From a virus: a stretch of 51,907 nucleotides of DNA. Of the stretch, positions 40,439 through 48,663 are shown in pieces. Positions within the stretch are counted from its first letter, which is position 1. Every line of letters starts with the position of its first letter. Position numbers and translations under genes: made by a program. The notes below the pieces were generated by a model, which saw nothing but the letters and a program-made list of their open reading frames with translations, had not been told where the DNA came from and made no database searches. Location of the stretch: IMG/VR virus record IMGVR_UViG_3300045988_151376, one strand, 5' to 3'.

Positions 40439-41499
40439 GCAAATATCCACCTCATCTTTTGTCGTGCCCAATTGCCCAAAACGGCGACAAGGCCGCAGTC
40501 CCTGTGACGGCTCAGGAAGCCGGTGCGGGGCGACTCAGTCAAGAAGAAGGCTGGGGGGCATGGAACTCCCGCCCTATCGGTGAGGGCGGCATCCCGCCGA
40601 AACGCGAAGACTTTAACTCCGTACTGAATTTGCTTTCGTCCTTTTTGGTTTACTACCAGCAAGGCGGGGTCATGAAGTACTCCGCCTCACTTGACTATGA
40701 GCCGGGCAATGAAATCTTCTCCGCCACGGGTACGAAGTGCCGGTGCCTCGTAGCGAACGGCCCCAACACCGCAAAGGGTGTAGTCGCTCCCGGATCGGAT
40801 AAGACTGTATGGAAGAACCTTGATGCGCCATCCGTTATCGCCGGTCAGATCACGCCTTTCTACAACTGTCGGCTCGGCGGCTCTGACGGTCGCCGCCTGA
40901 TCCCGTGGGGCGAGAGCGTCGCCGACGAGCGGTACGTACTTTGCGACGGCGGCACAGACGGCTTGGGCGGGAACGTCCCGAACCTGATGGATAAGTTCCT
41001 CCTGCCGAGCACGGTCGCGCAGGCGGGACAGACGGGAGGTAGCCTCAACCTCTCGATCCCGGGCGTGACCGTCAACGGCACGGTCGGGGAGACGGTGCTT
41101 ACGGTCGAGCAGATGCCCGCGCACACGCACACAGGCAGTTCATCGACTGCGGGCGCGCATACGCACACTCGCGGCACGATGGAGATTACAGGCGCGATCC
41201 CCGTGGACGATCACAAGATCCGCTATGTCGAGGGGGCCTTTTATCAAAACGGGAACTATTCCAACTGCGACAACCGCGACTCAGAAAACGACTCTCCTCG
41301 CGCGTCCTTTGCGGCTTCGAGAACGTGGTCCGGGGAAACGTCGTCTGGCGGCTCGCACTCGCACACGATGAATCTAAACTCGACCGGTGGCGGGCAGGGG
41401 CATACGCACACAATCACGAGCTCATCCGAAGCGCAGACGCTCACGCTAGACCGTCCGCCTTTCTATCGTCTCGCTTATTTTGTCAAACTGCCGGAGTAG
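40435..41499 (+). CDS. Tail fibre protein 1 with phage tail-collar domain and His-rich HTHT repeats
   Basis: Start moved to the ATG at 40435. YVLCDGGTDGLGGNVPNLMDKFLL is the collar motif. Also PAHTHTG, GAHTHTRG, GSHSHTM, GHTHTI and a C-terminal PPFYRLAYFVKL. Confidence 0.85.
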   Translation: MSKYPPHLLSCPIAQNGDKAAVPVTAQEAGAGRLSQEEGWGAWNSRPIGEGGIPPKREDFNSVLNLLSSFLVYYQQGGVMKYSASLDYEPGNEIFSATGTKCRCLVANGPNTAKGVVAPGSDKTVWKNLDAPSVIAGQITPFYNCRLGGSDGRRLIPWGESVADERYVLCDGGTDGLGGNVPNLMDKFLLPSTVAQAGQTGGSLNLSIPGVTVNGTVGETVLTVEQMPAHTHTGSSSTAGAHTHTRGTMEITGAIPVDDHKIRYVEGAFYQNGNYSNCDNRDSENDSPRASFAASRTWSGETSSGGSHSHTMNLNSTGGGQGHTHTITSSSEAQTLTLDRPPFYRLAYFVKLPE

Positions 41500-41505
41500 T
41501 AAGGC

Positions 41506-42789
41506 ATGGCATCAAAAGAATTTCATTTCCATTACGTCAAAACGCCGACCGGAGCAATAAGTGGGCAGTCTGTCCTTACGCAGACAGAGGACGCGATCAA
41601 TGACCTCGGCGACTATATGTTCGAGGCTACGGGCGACGCGACCGAGGCGTTGAATAAGGCTACTGAAGCGCTCAACACGGCGAATACGGCTCAGCAAAAT
41701 GCGGCCGAGGCGCTCTCTACTGCGAATTCTGCGATTGGTAAGGTCAACACCTTAACCGCGACCGTCAATTCGTTTGATGGTCGCATCAAAAAGGCTGAGA
41801 GCAACGCGGCTAATGCCGTCACTGCGGCGACTGAGGCATCTAATAATGCCTCTCAGGCAGTCACAACGGCCAATTCTGCGCTTAATACGGCTCAGCAGGC
41901 CGTCACGACGGCCAATGCCGCGAAGACGATGGCTCAGAATGCAAGCACTGCGGCTACTCAGGCCGTGGGCACGGCCGGCGCGGCGAATGCGACGGCGGAA
42001 GAGGCGAAGAAGATTGCTCGGCAGGCCGTGACCGACACGGACGGCATCCGCGAAGAAATCAATCAGAACATGGCCGTGATGACCCAAAAGGTAACCGAGG
42101 CCACGACGCAAGCGCAGAACTCCGCGTCCTCCGCCGCCCAATCACAGGCCAATAGTGACCTTTCTAAGCGGTGGGCGACATGGACGACGGGCGTAGAGAC
42201 CGAAGGCGGCACGGACTACACCGTCGCCGATGACGGCTATTCGTCCAAGTGGAATGCTCAGCTCGCTCAGGCATGGGCGGTGAAGACTGACGGCAAGGTG
42301 ACGGAAAACAACCTGCCCGATGGAGCTGAGATCGACTACTCGGCAAAGTACTACGCTCAGCAGTCGCAGGCTAGCGCAACAGCGGCGGACGCCTCTGAAG
42401 CCTCTGCGCTCTCTTCGAAGACCGCGGCGGCATCGAGTGCGGCGGCGGCCAAGACGTCTGAGACAAATGCCGCCAATTCTGCATCTGCGGCTAATACTTC
42501 AAAGACAGCGGCGGCAGGCAGTGCTACTACTGCAAGCACGAAGGCAACGGAGTCGTCTGCTTCTGCGCAAAAAGCGAAGGACTGGGCTTCAAAAGAGGGC
42601 GGCCCGGTTGAAGGCGAAGGCGCTACAGCAGAGTATTCTGCGAAGTATTACGCGCAACAAGCGAATCAGAGCAATAGCGTGAAGTACGTTGCTCAGACGC
42701 TTACGACTGAAGAGCAGTTGCAGGCTCGAACGAACATCGGAATGACGACACTAAGTAATTCCGAAATCGATGCCTTGTTTAGCGCCTAA
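41506..42789 (+). CDS. Tail fibre protein 2 (Ala/Ser/Thr-rich coiled fibre)
   Basis: Repetitive A..SA..A heptad-like shaft. The SAKYYAQQ motif occurs twice, as in P2 H / Mu S-type fibres. Confidence 0.8.
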   Translation: MASKEFHFHYVKTPTGAISGQSVLTQTEDAINDLGDYMFEATGDATEALNKATEALNTANTAQQNAAEALSTANSAIGKVNTLTATVNSFDGRIKKAESNAANAVTAATEASNNASQAVTTANSALNTAQQAVTTANAAKTMAQNASTAATQAVGTAGAANATAEEAKKIARQAVTDTDGIREEINQNMAVMTQKVTEATTQAQNSASSAAQSQANSDLSKRWATWTTGVETEGGTDYTVADDGYSSKWNAQLAQAWAVKTDGKVTENNLPDGAEIDYSAKYYAQQSQASATAADASEASALSSKTAAASSAAAAKTSETNAANSASAANTSKTAAAGSATTASTKATESSASAQKAKDWASKEGGPVEGEGATAEYSAKYYAQQANQSNSVKYVAQTLTTEEQLQARTNIGMTTLSNSEIDALFSA

Positions 42790-42888
42790 GTTGAAGCTCC
42801 CCCGTTTAAAAACGGAGGATTCACCATGACACTCTCAAGGTTGTTTTCAGGGGGCAAAGCCGCCTGAGCGTCACCCAATCAATTGCAC

Positions 42889-42933
42889 AAAAAAGCAAAC
42901 CCCGCAAGGTTCACGGCCTTAGCGGGTTTTTTT
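42889..42933 (+). terminator. Hairpin family copy H5 (near-identical to H1)
   Basis: aaaaaagcaaaccccgcaaggttcacggccttagcgggttttttt. Confidence 0.65.
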
Positions 42934-42947
42934 CAAGAGGAAAAGAC

Positions 42948-43556
42948 ATGGCTGGATATTTGGATGCGTCGGGTCTCAAACATTTCAAGAGGAAAAACGA
43001 CGCTACATATCTTGGCAAGCAGGAGAAGGCGGCTTCGGCGAAGGTCGCAGACTCAGTCGTTTGGGAGAACGTTTCCGGGAGGCCGGATCTATCTGCATTA
43101 ATTCCGCCCGGCACGATCATCCACTACGCCGGGCGCACGGTCCCGAGCGGCTGGCTCATCTGCAACGGCGCGAATGTGAGCCGAACCGACTACGCGGCCC
43201 TTTTCGCGGCTATCGGTACGATCTACGGTGCCGGCAACGGGTCGACAACCTTTGGCCTGCCGAATTTGAACGGTCGCTTCCTCGAAGGCACTACCTCGAC
43301 GTCAGAAGTCGGTACCTATAAGTCAGCGGGGTTACCGAACATAAAGGGCTACTTCAGCAACAACGGGGATGGGCGGTTCGAGACTAGCAGTGGCTCTTTT
43401 ACTAACAACACCTCAGTGACGCATAGCCACAGCGGAAATAACGCTAATGAAGGTCGGGGATTTAACTTTAGTGCTTCGAAATCCTCGTCTTTTTATGGCC
43501 AATCTTCAACGGTTAAACCCCCGGCGATGGTGGCTTTAGTCCTGATCAAGTCTTAA
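42948..43556 (+). CDS. Tail fibre protein 3 (tail-collar domain); expressed tip variant
   Basis: PSGWLICNGANVSRTDYAALFAAIGTIYGAGNGSTTFGLPNLNGRFL is a textbook collar motif. C-terminus ...STVKPPAMVALVLIKS*. Confidence 0.85.
   Translation: MAGYLDASGLKHFKRKNDATYLGKQEKAASAKVADSVVWENVSGRPDLSALIPPGTIIHYAGRTVPSGWLICNGANVSRTDYAALFAAIGTIYGAGNGSTTFGLPNLNGRFLEGTTSTSEVGTYKSAGLPNIKGYFSNNGDGRFETSSGSFTNNTSVTHSHSGNNANEGRGFNFSASKSSSFYGQSSTVKPPAMVALVLIKS
43335..43342. repeat. Left copy of the 8-bp inverted repeat CCGAACAT (candidate crossover site), in frame at Pro130-Asn-Ile
   Basis: Exact reverse complement of 43760..43767. Same codon phase (CCG AAC AT) in both cassettes. Confidence 0.4.
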
Positions 43557-43759
43557 TGAGGGCTAGTGTCGCCAGTGCCGCTGGTTGAACTACACTGGTC
43601 GCTCCGTATACGCTAGACGACAGGTTTGCGTAAAACTCTCGCCGAAGAGAATTGAACGAACCACCCCCGTACCGAGACGTACCCTGCATCGCCGAATTGG
43701 TCGAGAAACACCCGTCGGTCCCGTCACCCTGGTTAAGACCAGCAATGAGTCCGCCTGTG
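43343..43759. other. Predicted invertible segment carrying two convergent tail-fibre tip cassettes
   Basis: Bounded by the inverted 8-mers. Contains the expressed tip (plus strand) and the silent tip (minus strand), with overlapping stop codons. Confidence 0.4.
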
Positions 43760-43806
43760 ATGTTCGGCCATTCAATTTGGCGTTTTCGGGGCTTGAACGC
43801 GTTGCC
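43546..43806 (-). other. Silent (start-less) alternative tail-fibre C-terminal cassette, 86 codons
   Basis: Hand translation GNAFKPRKRQIEWPNITGGLIAGLNQGDGTDGCFSTNSAMQGTSRYGGGSFNSLRREFYANLSSSVYGATSVVQPAALATLALIKT*. Homologous to the last ~75 aa of 42948..43556 (LPNIKG / WPNITG; SFYGQSSTVKPPAMVALVLIKS / SVYGATSVVQPAALATLALIKT). Bounded upstream by an in-frame TGA, with no start codon before the homology begins. Confidence 0.75.
43760..43767. repeat. Right copy of the 8-bp inverted repeat (ATGTTCGG on the plus strand)
   Basis: Reverse complement of 43335..43342. Confidence 0.4.
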
Positions 43807-43846
43807 TCAGCACTGTGCCAAGCCCCACAGATCGGAAGCGCTATGG

Positions 43847-45016
43847 CTAAGGGTTGTCGCTGCGGCCATTGGGAAGCAGAGGCATCAGCCCGGCACTTCG
43901 GGCACAGTGCTCAAGGTAGTCGCTCCACGCCCGCATGACCGCTCGTCTCGCGTCGAGGTAATCGCTCCTTTGATAGGCGCGGGATACCTGAGAACCTGAG
44001 ACGTGAGAGAGGCAGGCTTCGGCGACTTCGAAGGGTGTGCCCATGTCCGCCATCCAACAGCGGGCCATTGATCGCAGGCCGTGGGCCACAAGCCTTCCGG
44101 CGAGCGTGGTTCCGTGCAGGTACTTGGCGAGTGCTTGGGAAGAGATGTGGGAGCCGGGATCGCGCCCGGCGAAGACGTAGGAGCTTCTGGGGTGCGGGGA
44201 GAGGGATGCTTCCTTGGCGAGGAGAAGGCGCATGAAAGTGGTCAAGGGGACGCGGTGCAGGCATCCATTTTTCATCTCAGCGGCAGGGATGGAGAGGGTG
44301 TCGCCGTCGATCCACGCCTTCCGGAGCTTGGCGGTTTCTCCGGGCCGGAGCATGGAAGCGAGGGACCAAAGAAAGAGGGTTTGCGTGCGCATTGGAGCGC
44401 ACTTGACTACTGCCAGCGCGTCCGGAAGAGATTGCCATGAGATCGACGGCATGGGTCTGACGATGGGGGCAGCGAAGACTCTGCTGACTCTGGCAACGGG
44501 GTTGTGAAGGATGTAACCGGCGCAGACGGCCAAATCCATGATCTCGCGCGTTCGCATCAGCACGCGTTTGAGTGTGGCTTGATGGCCTGCGGCTTCGATG
44601 TGCCGGACGGTCGCGATGATGAGGGGAGCGGTGATTTCGTCGAGCTGACGGCGACCGAGAGGGGCGATGACATAACGCTCAAGGCGGCGCTTTTCATCCA
44701 TGTAGGAGGTGATTCTGCCGCGCTTGAGATTGCACCACAGGCGGAAGGCGTCTGAAAGGACGTATCCACGGGGCGGCTCCTGCCCTAACTCCTTCCGCTT
44801 TCTGCGGGCCAGTTGCCGGGCCTGCATCAGAGAAACCTCGGGCCATCGTCCGAGGCTCAGATCAGTAACCCTGCCTCCGTAGGAAATGCGGAGACACCAA
44901 CTTTTGACCCCCGAGGGGTGAACCCGAAGGGTGAGGCCGTGGCTATCTGTCACGGTGTAACGCTTTTCACGCGGTCGCAAGGCCGCAATTTTTCTTGTAG
45001 AGAGGTTTTTCGACAT
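43847..45016 (-). CDS. Tyrosine recombinase, P4/CP4-57-type (DUF4102-like N-terminus); candidate tail-fibre invertase or second integrase
   Basis: ATG at 45016. N-terminus LSTRKIAALRPREKRYTVTDSHGLTLRVHPSGVKSWCLRISYGG...LGRWPEVSLMQAR. Catalytic context MLRPGE, HGLRSMA, LSHV...RAYQRSDY. Confidence 0.9.
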   Translation of the reverse strand: MSKNLSTRKIAALRPREKRYTVTDSHGLTLRVHPSGVKSWCLRISYGGRVTDLSLGRWPEVSLMQARQLARRKRKELGQEPPRGYVLSDAFRLWCNLKRGRITSYMDEKRRLERYVIAPLGRRQLDEITAPLIIATVRHIEAAGHQATLKRVLMRTREIMDLAVCAGYILHNPVARVSRVFAAPIVRPMPSISWQSLPDALAVVKCAPMRTQTLFLWSLASMLRPGETAKLRKAWIDGDTLSIPAAEMKNGCLHRVPLTTFMRLLLAKEASLSPHPRSSYVFAGRDPGSHISSQALAKYLHGTTLAGRLVAHGLRSMARCWMADMGTPFEVAEACLSHVSGSQVSRAYQRSDYLDARRAVMRAWSDYLEHCARSAGLMPLLPNGRSDNP

Positions 45017-45785
45017 GAAGCCCAATGAGATCAAAGAAATCCCGCACGTCGATGAGGATGGCTACTTTGATGGCATGGTGGCCTGCATAGCCGACGCGAA
45101 GGGCTCGCTGATGCTCGGCGCGGACTGCTATGACATCGCCGCCCCCGAAGACGATGGGAAGCACTTTTTCAAGCTGTCTGCCGACAAAAATGGCTGGGTG
45201 GCGGAAGCTATTCCGCAAACAGTCGAGGAATGCGTCGGCATCGTGCTCGATCATCACAAACAGACGAAAAGAATTCACAAACTCCGCACGGCTTTCGATG
45301 AGCTCACGAAGAACTCGACGACCTATCGCCTGGTCCAAGACCCGGAAACGAATGCCCGCTCGATCGAAAAGATTCCGGAACAGACTGTTGAGGAAGCGCG
45401 CTCCGAGAAGATGCGGGCCCTCGACTCTGACTTTACGTCTTGGTATGAGGACGGCGCGACACTAAAGTCTTCTCTGGGCTTCGAAGCCGACTCGGACTCC
45501 CGCGCCATGCAGGACGTGAACGGCCTAGTCACGGCGGCGGAATCTTCGGCCGCCTTCGTGGACACGGAGAGCGGGGGCGGTCTGATCTTCATGGACGCCA
45601 ACAACGTTGGGCATCAAGTCAGTCTTGACCAACTCAAGGCTCTGCAGCTCGAAATTATTCAGGCCGGACAGGCAGCCTATCAGGAAAAATGGAAGCTGCG
45701 CGACGCGATTGAAAAGGCGAAGACGAAAGAGGAGCTGGGAAAGATCGTCATCGCCTTCCATCCGGTTGACTTCTCTACGAAGTGA
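45015..45785 (+). CDS. Tail-fibre assembly or chaperone-like protein (DUF4376-like C-terminus)
   Basis: GFEADSDSRAMQDVNGLV...FMDANNVGHQVSLDQLKALQLEIIQAGQAAYQEKWKLRDAIEKAKTKEEL resembles DUF4376. Its ATG overlaps the recombinase ATG on the other strand (CATG). Confidence 0.55.
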   Translation: MKPNEIKEIPHVDEDGYFDGMVACIADAKGSLMLGADCYDIAAPEDDGKHFFKLSADKNGWVAEAIPQTVEECVGIVLDHHKQTKRIHKLRTAFDELTKNSTTYRLVQDPETNARSIEKIPEQTVEEARSEKMRALDSDFTSWYEDGATLKSSLGFEADSDSRAMQDVNGLVTAAESSAAFVDTESGGGLIFMDANNVGHQVSLDQLKALQLEIIQAGQAAYQEKWKLRDAIEKAKTKEELGKIVIAFHPVDFSTK

Positions 45786-46021
45786 TGCGGCGCTATCTGA
45801 AGCAGGTGCTCATCGCCTTTGATCAGCTCATCAACGCTCTCCTGGGCGGGTGGGCTGATGAGAGCCTCTCTGCGCACGCATGGCGACAGCACCTAGAAGG
45901 GAAACGAAATTGGCCGTATTTGCTCATCGATGCGATCTTGTTCTTCGATGGCAATCATTGCCGGACGAGCTATGAGAGTGAGCTAGAGCGGACCCAACTG
46001 CCGCCCAGCATGCGGGGCTAG
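45785..46021 (+). CDS. Hypothetical protein (78 aa)
   Basis: ATG overlaps the upstream TGA. LINALLGGWADESLSAHAW...HC motif of a recurrent phage family I cannot name. Confidence 0.5.
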   Translation: MRRYLKQVLIAFDQLINALLGGWADESLSAHAWRQHLEGKRNWPYLLIDAILFFDGNHCRTSYESELERTQLPPSMRG

Positions 46022-46189
46022 GTATAATCGCCGCCAGCATGAAGCAAGGACGCGGCGCATAGCCTGTTCCTGCCTATCCACACCTACCGACGGCCGAGGC
46101 AAGGAATTCCCGGCGTATCGCCGGAGGATAGGCCCCCGCTAGGGGTGTAGAAGCGACAAAGCCCAGTGCGCTAACACCGGGCTGAGTCA

Positions 46190-46339
46190 ATGATGCAAGG
46201 GGTGGTTATGCATGCCTTCACTCTTGCTTCGTGTCAGATTATGCCACACGACATCGTTGTGGTGACGGGCGACATCAATATTGATGGGCTCGTCATTGCC
46301 GTCATTATTGCGGCGTGGCTGATCGGCAAGAGGCGTTAA
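46190..46339 (+). CDS. Possible 49-aa C-tail-anchored peptide
   Basis: Hand translation MMQGVVMHAFTLASCQIMPHDIVVVTGDINIDGLVIAVIIAAWLIGKRR*. Confidence 0.3.
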   Translation: MMQGVVMHAFTLASCQIMPHDIVVVTGDINIDGLVIAVIIAAWLIGKRR

Positions 46340-46396
46340 GCCGCAGGGGTCGTTCTTCTTCGGGAGTTCGGCCCCTCTTGCTATCTGTCTGCTCAG

Positions 46397-46421
46397 GCCC
46401 GCCAATGCGCGGGCTTTTTTT
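46397..46421 (+). terminator. Intrinsic terminator
   Basis: gcccgc-caatgc-gcgggc followed by ttttttt. Confidence 0.75.
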
Positions 46422-46979
46422 ATGGGTGAATTGATGCTCTATGTGAAATGGATATGTCTGTTGCCGCTGAGCTTCGTCATGGCGGTCGTCGGGAGGGTGC
46501 TCGCGCCGATCCTGCCGTTCTTCGCGAAGTCAGACGGCTATCTGCCCTCATGGCTTTCGTGGTTTCAGACGCCTGACAACCCTCTTGATGGCGACAAAGG
46601 CCATTGGGAGCGCTGGCCGGGCGTCTCGGCGTGGGCCACCTACAGACGACGGGTTGCGTGGCTTCTCCGGAACGTCTGCTACGGCTTCGATATCTCGGTG
46701 CTCGGACAGAAGACCTATCCGGGAGACCGGCTGGAAATGCTCGGCGAGGAGGGCGTCTCGGATCAGCCTTACGGAAGGTCCGGCTACTGGGTTAAACGCG
46801 TCTATCACGGCGAAAAGCTGGTCTGCTGGCACCTCTATGTCATCCGGCAGTGGAGCTTACTGCCGTCGAAGTGCCTGCGCATTTCAATGGGATGGAAGCT
46901 CTTCAGATTTGATGGCTTGAAAGAAGAGATGCATCAGCTCACCTGCTACTGCAACCCCTTAAAAACCTTCAAACAATAA
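46422..46979 (+). CDS. Membrane-anchored hypothetical protein (185 aa)
   Basis: N-terminal TM segment LLPLSFVMAVVGRVLAPILPFF, then LPSWLSWFQTPDNPLDGD. Family not identified. Confidence 0.55.
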   Translation: MGELMLYVKWICLLPLSFVMAVVGRVLAPILPFFAKSDGYLPSWLSWFQTPDNPLDGDKGHWERWPGVSAWATYRRRVAWLLRNVCYGFDISVLGQKTYPGDRLEMLGEEGVSDQPYGRSGYWVKRVYHGEKLVCWHLYVIRQWSLLPSKCLRISMGWKLFRFDGLKEEMHQLTCYCNPLKTFKQ

Positions 46980-46989
46980 TGAGGTCATT

Positions 46990-47214
46990 ATGACTAAGGA
47001 AGAAGTTCTCGCCAAGCTCAAGGAGCTCGGTATCGACGTGAACGGCGCAACGGATGAAGTGATCCAGAAGGCGCAGGCGTGGCTTGAAGACCAGAAGGCA
47101 CAGCTCGATACCGAGACGCGCCGCAAGGTCAGAGCCGCGTGGATCGCGATCTCGGTCGTTGCTCTCGTCGTCGGACTTGCGGTCGGCTGGTACGGCCGCA
47201 TCCTGCTCGGGTGA
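46990..47214 (+). CDS. Hypothetical C-tail-anchored protein (74 aa)
   Basis: Coiled N-terminus and TM segment AAWIAISVVALVVGLAVGWYG. Immediately upstream of the holin gene. Confidence 0.5.
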   Translation: MTKEEVLAKLKELGIDVNGATDEVIQKAQAWLEDQKAQLDTETRRKVRAAWIAISVVALVVGLAVGWYGRILLG

Positions 47215-47218
47215 CGCA

Positions 47219-47716
47219 ATGCACTCGCTTCTACCGGTAGGGACTGAGGCGGCGTGGATAAAGATAGGTGCGGTATTGGGGGTGATCTGGGGGGCGACGT
47301 TAGAGAGCGTTGCCCCCTTGGTCTATTGGTATCTGGCCTTCATGGCGGCCGACCTTCTCACCGGGATATGGGCCGCCTGCCGGACCGGGACTTTCAGCTC
47401 AAAGCGCCTTAGCTTTGGGATGGCGAAGAAGGGACTTGCCTTTTTCATCATCACTCTTGCGCACGGGATCGACGTGAGCTTCTGGTTCGTGCTCCACGAC
47501 ATGCCACTTTTTCAAAGCGTGACGCTCTGCGCCTATGCCTGCGGCGAATTCGGCTCGATCGTCGAAAACATCGAGCGGGCGGGTTTCGGAGATGCACTGC
47601 CTCCAGTCCTCAAGAAACTTTTCTTGTCGCTTGAGAAGCGCCTTGAGAATGCCGTGGACTCCAAGCTCGATCAGATCGGGCTTGATGATGAGGAGAAAGA
47701 CAAGAAGACCAAATAG
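47219..47716 (+). CDS. Holin (phage_holin_4 / phi-LC3-like family)
   Basis: ATG at 47219. LAFMAADLLTGIWAA...SSKRLSFGMAKKGLAFFIITLAH...CGEFGSIVENIERAG fits this holin family. Confidence 0.7.
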   Translation: MHSLLPVGTEAAWIKIGAVLGVIWGATLESVAPLVYWYLAFMAADLLTGIWAACRTGTFSSKRLSFGMAKKGLAFFIITLAHGIDVSFWFVLHDMPLFQSVTLCAYACGEFGSIVENIERAGFGDALPPVLKKLFLSLEKRLENAVDSKLDQIGLDDEEKDKKTK

Positions 47717-47717
47717 C

Positions 47718-47752
47718 AAAAGCCGCTCGGGAGCGAACCGGGCGGCTTTTTT
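47718..47752 (+). terminator. Intrinsic terminator (two-copy family with 48021..48055)
   Basis: aaaagccgctcgggagcgaaccgggcggctttttt. The stop codon lies in an AAATAGCAAA box. Confidence 0.7.
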
Positions 47753-47790
47753 GTTCTTTACGAACATGAATTAGCAAGAGGATTGTACCA

Positions 47791-48006
47791 ATGAACACTG
47801 AAGAGCGCATAGCTCGCCTGGAAGGTTTTATGAACAAGTTTGAGGAAGAGCGTATTCGAAGTGAAGAGCGAACTCGCATAGAAATCGAACTTGCGGAGGC
47901 GCGACTAAAGAAGATGCGTCGCATGTGGGAGTTCTTCAAGGTAGTACTGAGCCCGATCATTGCCGCCGTTGTGACGGCAATAGTCATGCAGTACATACAA
48001 AAATGA
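47791..48006 (+). CDS. XhlA-like coiled-coil protein with C-terminal TM segment
   Basis: EERIARLEGFMNKFEEERIRSEERTRIEIELAEARLKK followed by the TM segment VVLSPIIAAVVTAIVMQYI. Confidence 0.5.
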   Translation: MNTEERIARLEGFMNKFEEERIRSEERTRIEIELAEARLKKMRRMWEFFKVVLSPIIAAVVTAIVMQYIQK

Positions 48007-48020
48007 AAATCAGAATACGC

Positions 48021-48055
48021 AAAAGCCGCTCGGAGGCGAACCGGGCGGCTTTTTT
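48021..48055 (+). terminator. Intrinsic terminator (copy 2)
   Basis: aaaagccgctcggaggcgaaccgggcggcttttttt. Confidence 0.7.
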
Positions 48056-48078
48056 ATAGGCAATTGTTTCGAGGGCCT

Positions 48079-48243
48079 ATGGGAGACATTTTAAATGCTT
48101 TGAAGATCGGAGAGCTCATGACTGCAGATGATTTGACATGGCAGGCGACGGCCATCCTGGTCGTCCTCATCGCTTTCGGTGTTGCCGTCGTCGCGTGCGT
48201 CGCCGGGAAGGCCGTGAAGATTTGGCGTGATGCTCTGAAGTGA
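48079..48243 (+). CDS. Small single-pass membrane protein (54 aa); probable paralogue of 39679/39877/40103
   Basis: Hand translation MGDILNALKIGELMTADDLTWQATAILVVLIAFGVAVVACVAGKAVKIWRDALK*. Shares the M.(D/E)IL start and the GKAV(K/R).I...(W)K tail with paralogue a. Confidence 0.45.
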   Translation: MGDILNALKIGELMTADDLTWQATAILVVLIAFGVAVVACVAGKAVKIWRDALK

Positions 48244-48249
48244 GGGACT

Positions 48250-48663
48250 ATGACCGCTCGAGGAATTCGGAACAACAACCCGGGGAATCTCCGGCACGGG
48301 GAAGACTGGCTCGGACTTGCTCCGGTGCAGGATGATCAGAATTTCTGCACATTTACAGAAATGCACTTTGGTGTGAGGGCGCTCCTGAAAACCCTTCGCA
48401 CCTACGTAGAGAAGCGAGGATGCGACACCGTGAGCAAAATCATCACCCGATGGGCTCCGGAAAATGAAAACGATACGGCCTCATATGTGCTTCATGTCGC
48501 GACGGCCTGCCGCCGTGATCCGGATGAAGGTCTGAACTTCGAGGCCGACCCGCTCCTCTATCTGGACATCGCGAAGGCGATCGCCCGACATGAGTGCGGC
48601 GTCGATGTTGAAGCGATCACGGATGATGCGTGGGAAGTGGGCCTCAAGGAGGCCGGGCTGTGA
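48250..48663 (+). CDS. Endolysin-like protein (RNNNPGNLR family)
   Basis: The GIRNNNPGNLRHGEDWLG motif recurs in phage cell-wall-associated proteins. Lies between holin and spanin genes. Activity type not established. Confidence 0.55.
   Translation: MTARGIRNNNPGNLRHGEDWLGLAPVQDDQNFCTFTEMHFGVRALLKTLRTYVEKRGCDTVSKIITRWAPENENDTASYVLHVATACRRDPDEGLNFEADPLLYLDIAKAIARHECGVDVEAITDDAWEVGLKEAGL

Noticed and set aside
42826-42867. 12-codon mini-ORF (MTLSRLFSGGKAA*) with a strong SD (ggagg) between tail fibres 2 and 3
   Set aside because: Too short to support as a gene. It may be a remnant start of a displaced gene. Noted only.
39608-42933. Five similar hairpin repeats considered as a CRISPR-like array
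   Set aside because: Spacing is irregular (about 200 bp and then 2.6 kb). The intervening sequences encode ORFs, and the repeats are terminator-type palindromes with T-runs. No cas genes are present.
40435-43556. Diversity-generating retroelement targeting the tail fibres
   Set aside because: There is no reverse-transcriptase gene anywhere in the window, and no template/variable repeat pair with adenine-specific differences. The two tip cassettes differ at all base types.
43814-43820. GTGCCAA, identical to the 7-bp core of R64 shufflon sfx sites, between the silent cassette and the recombinase gene
   Set aside because: It is a single copy. No inverted partner (TTGGCAC) occurs in or near the fibre gene, and the recombinase is not Rci-like. 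Probably coincidence.
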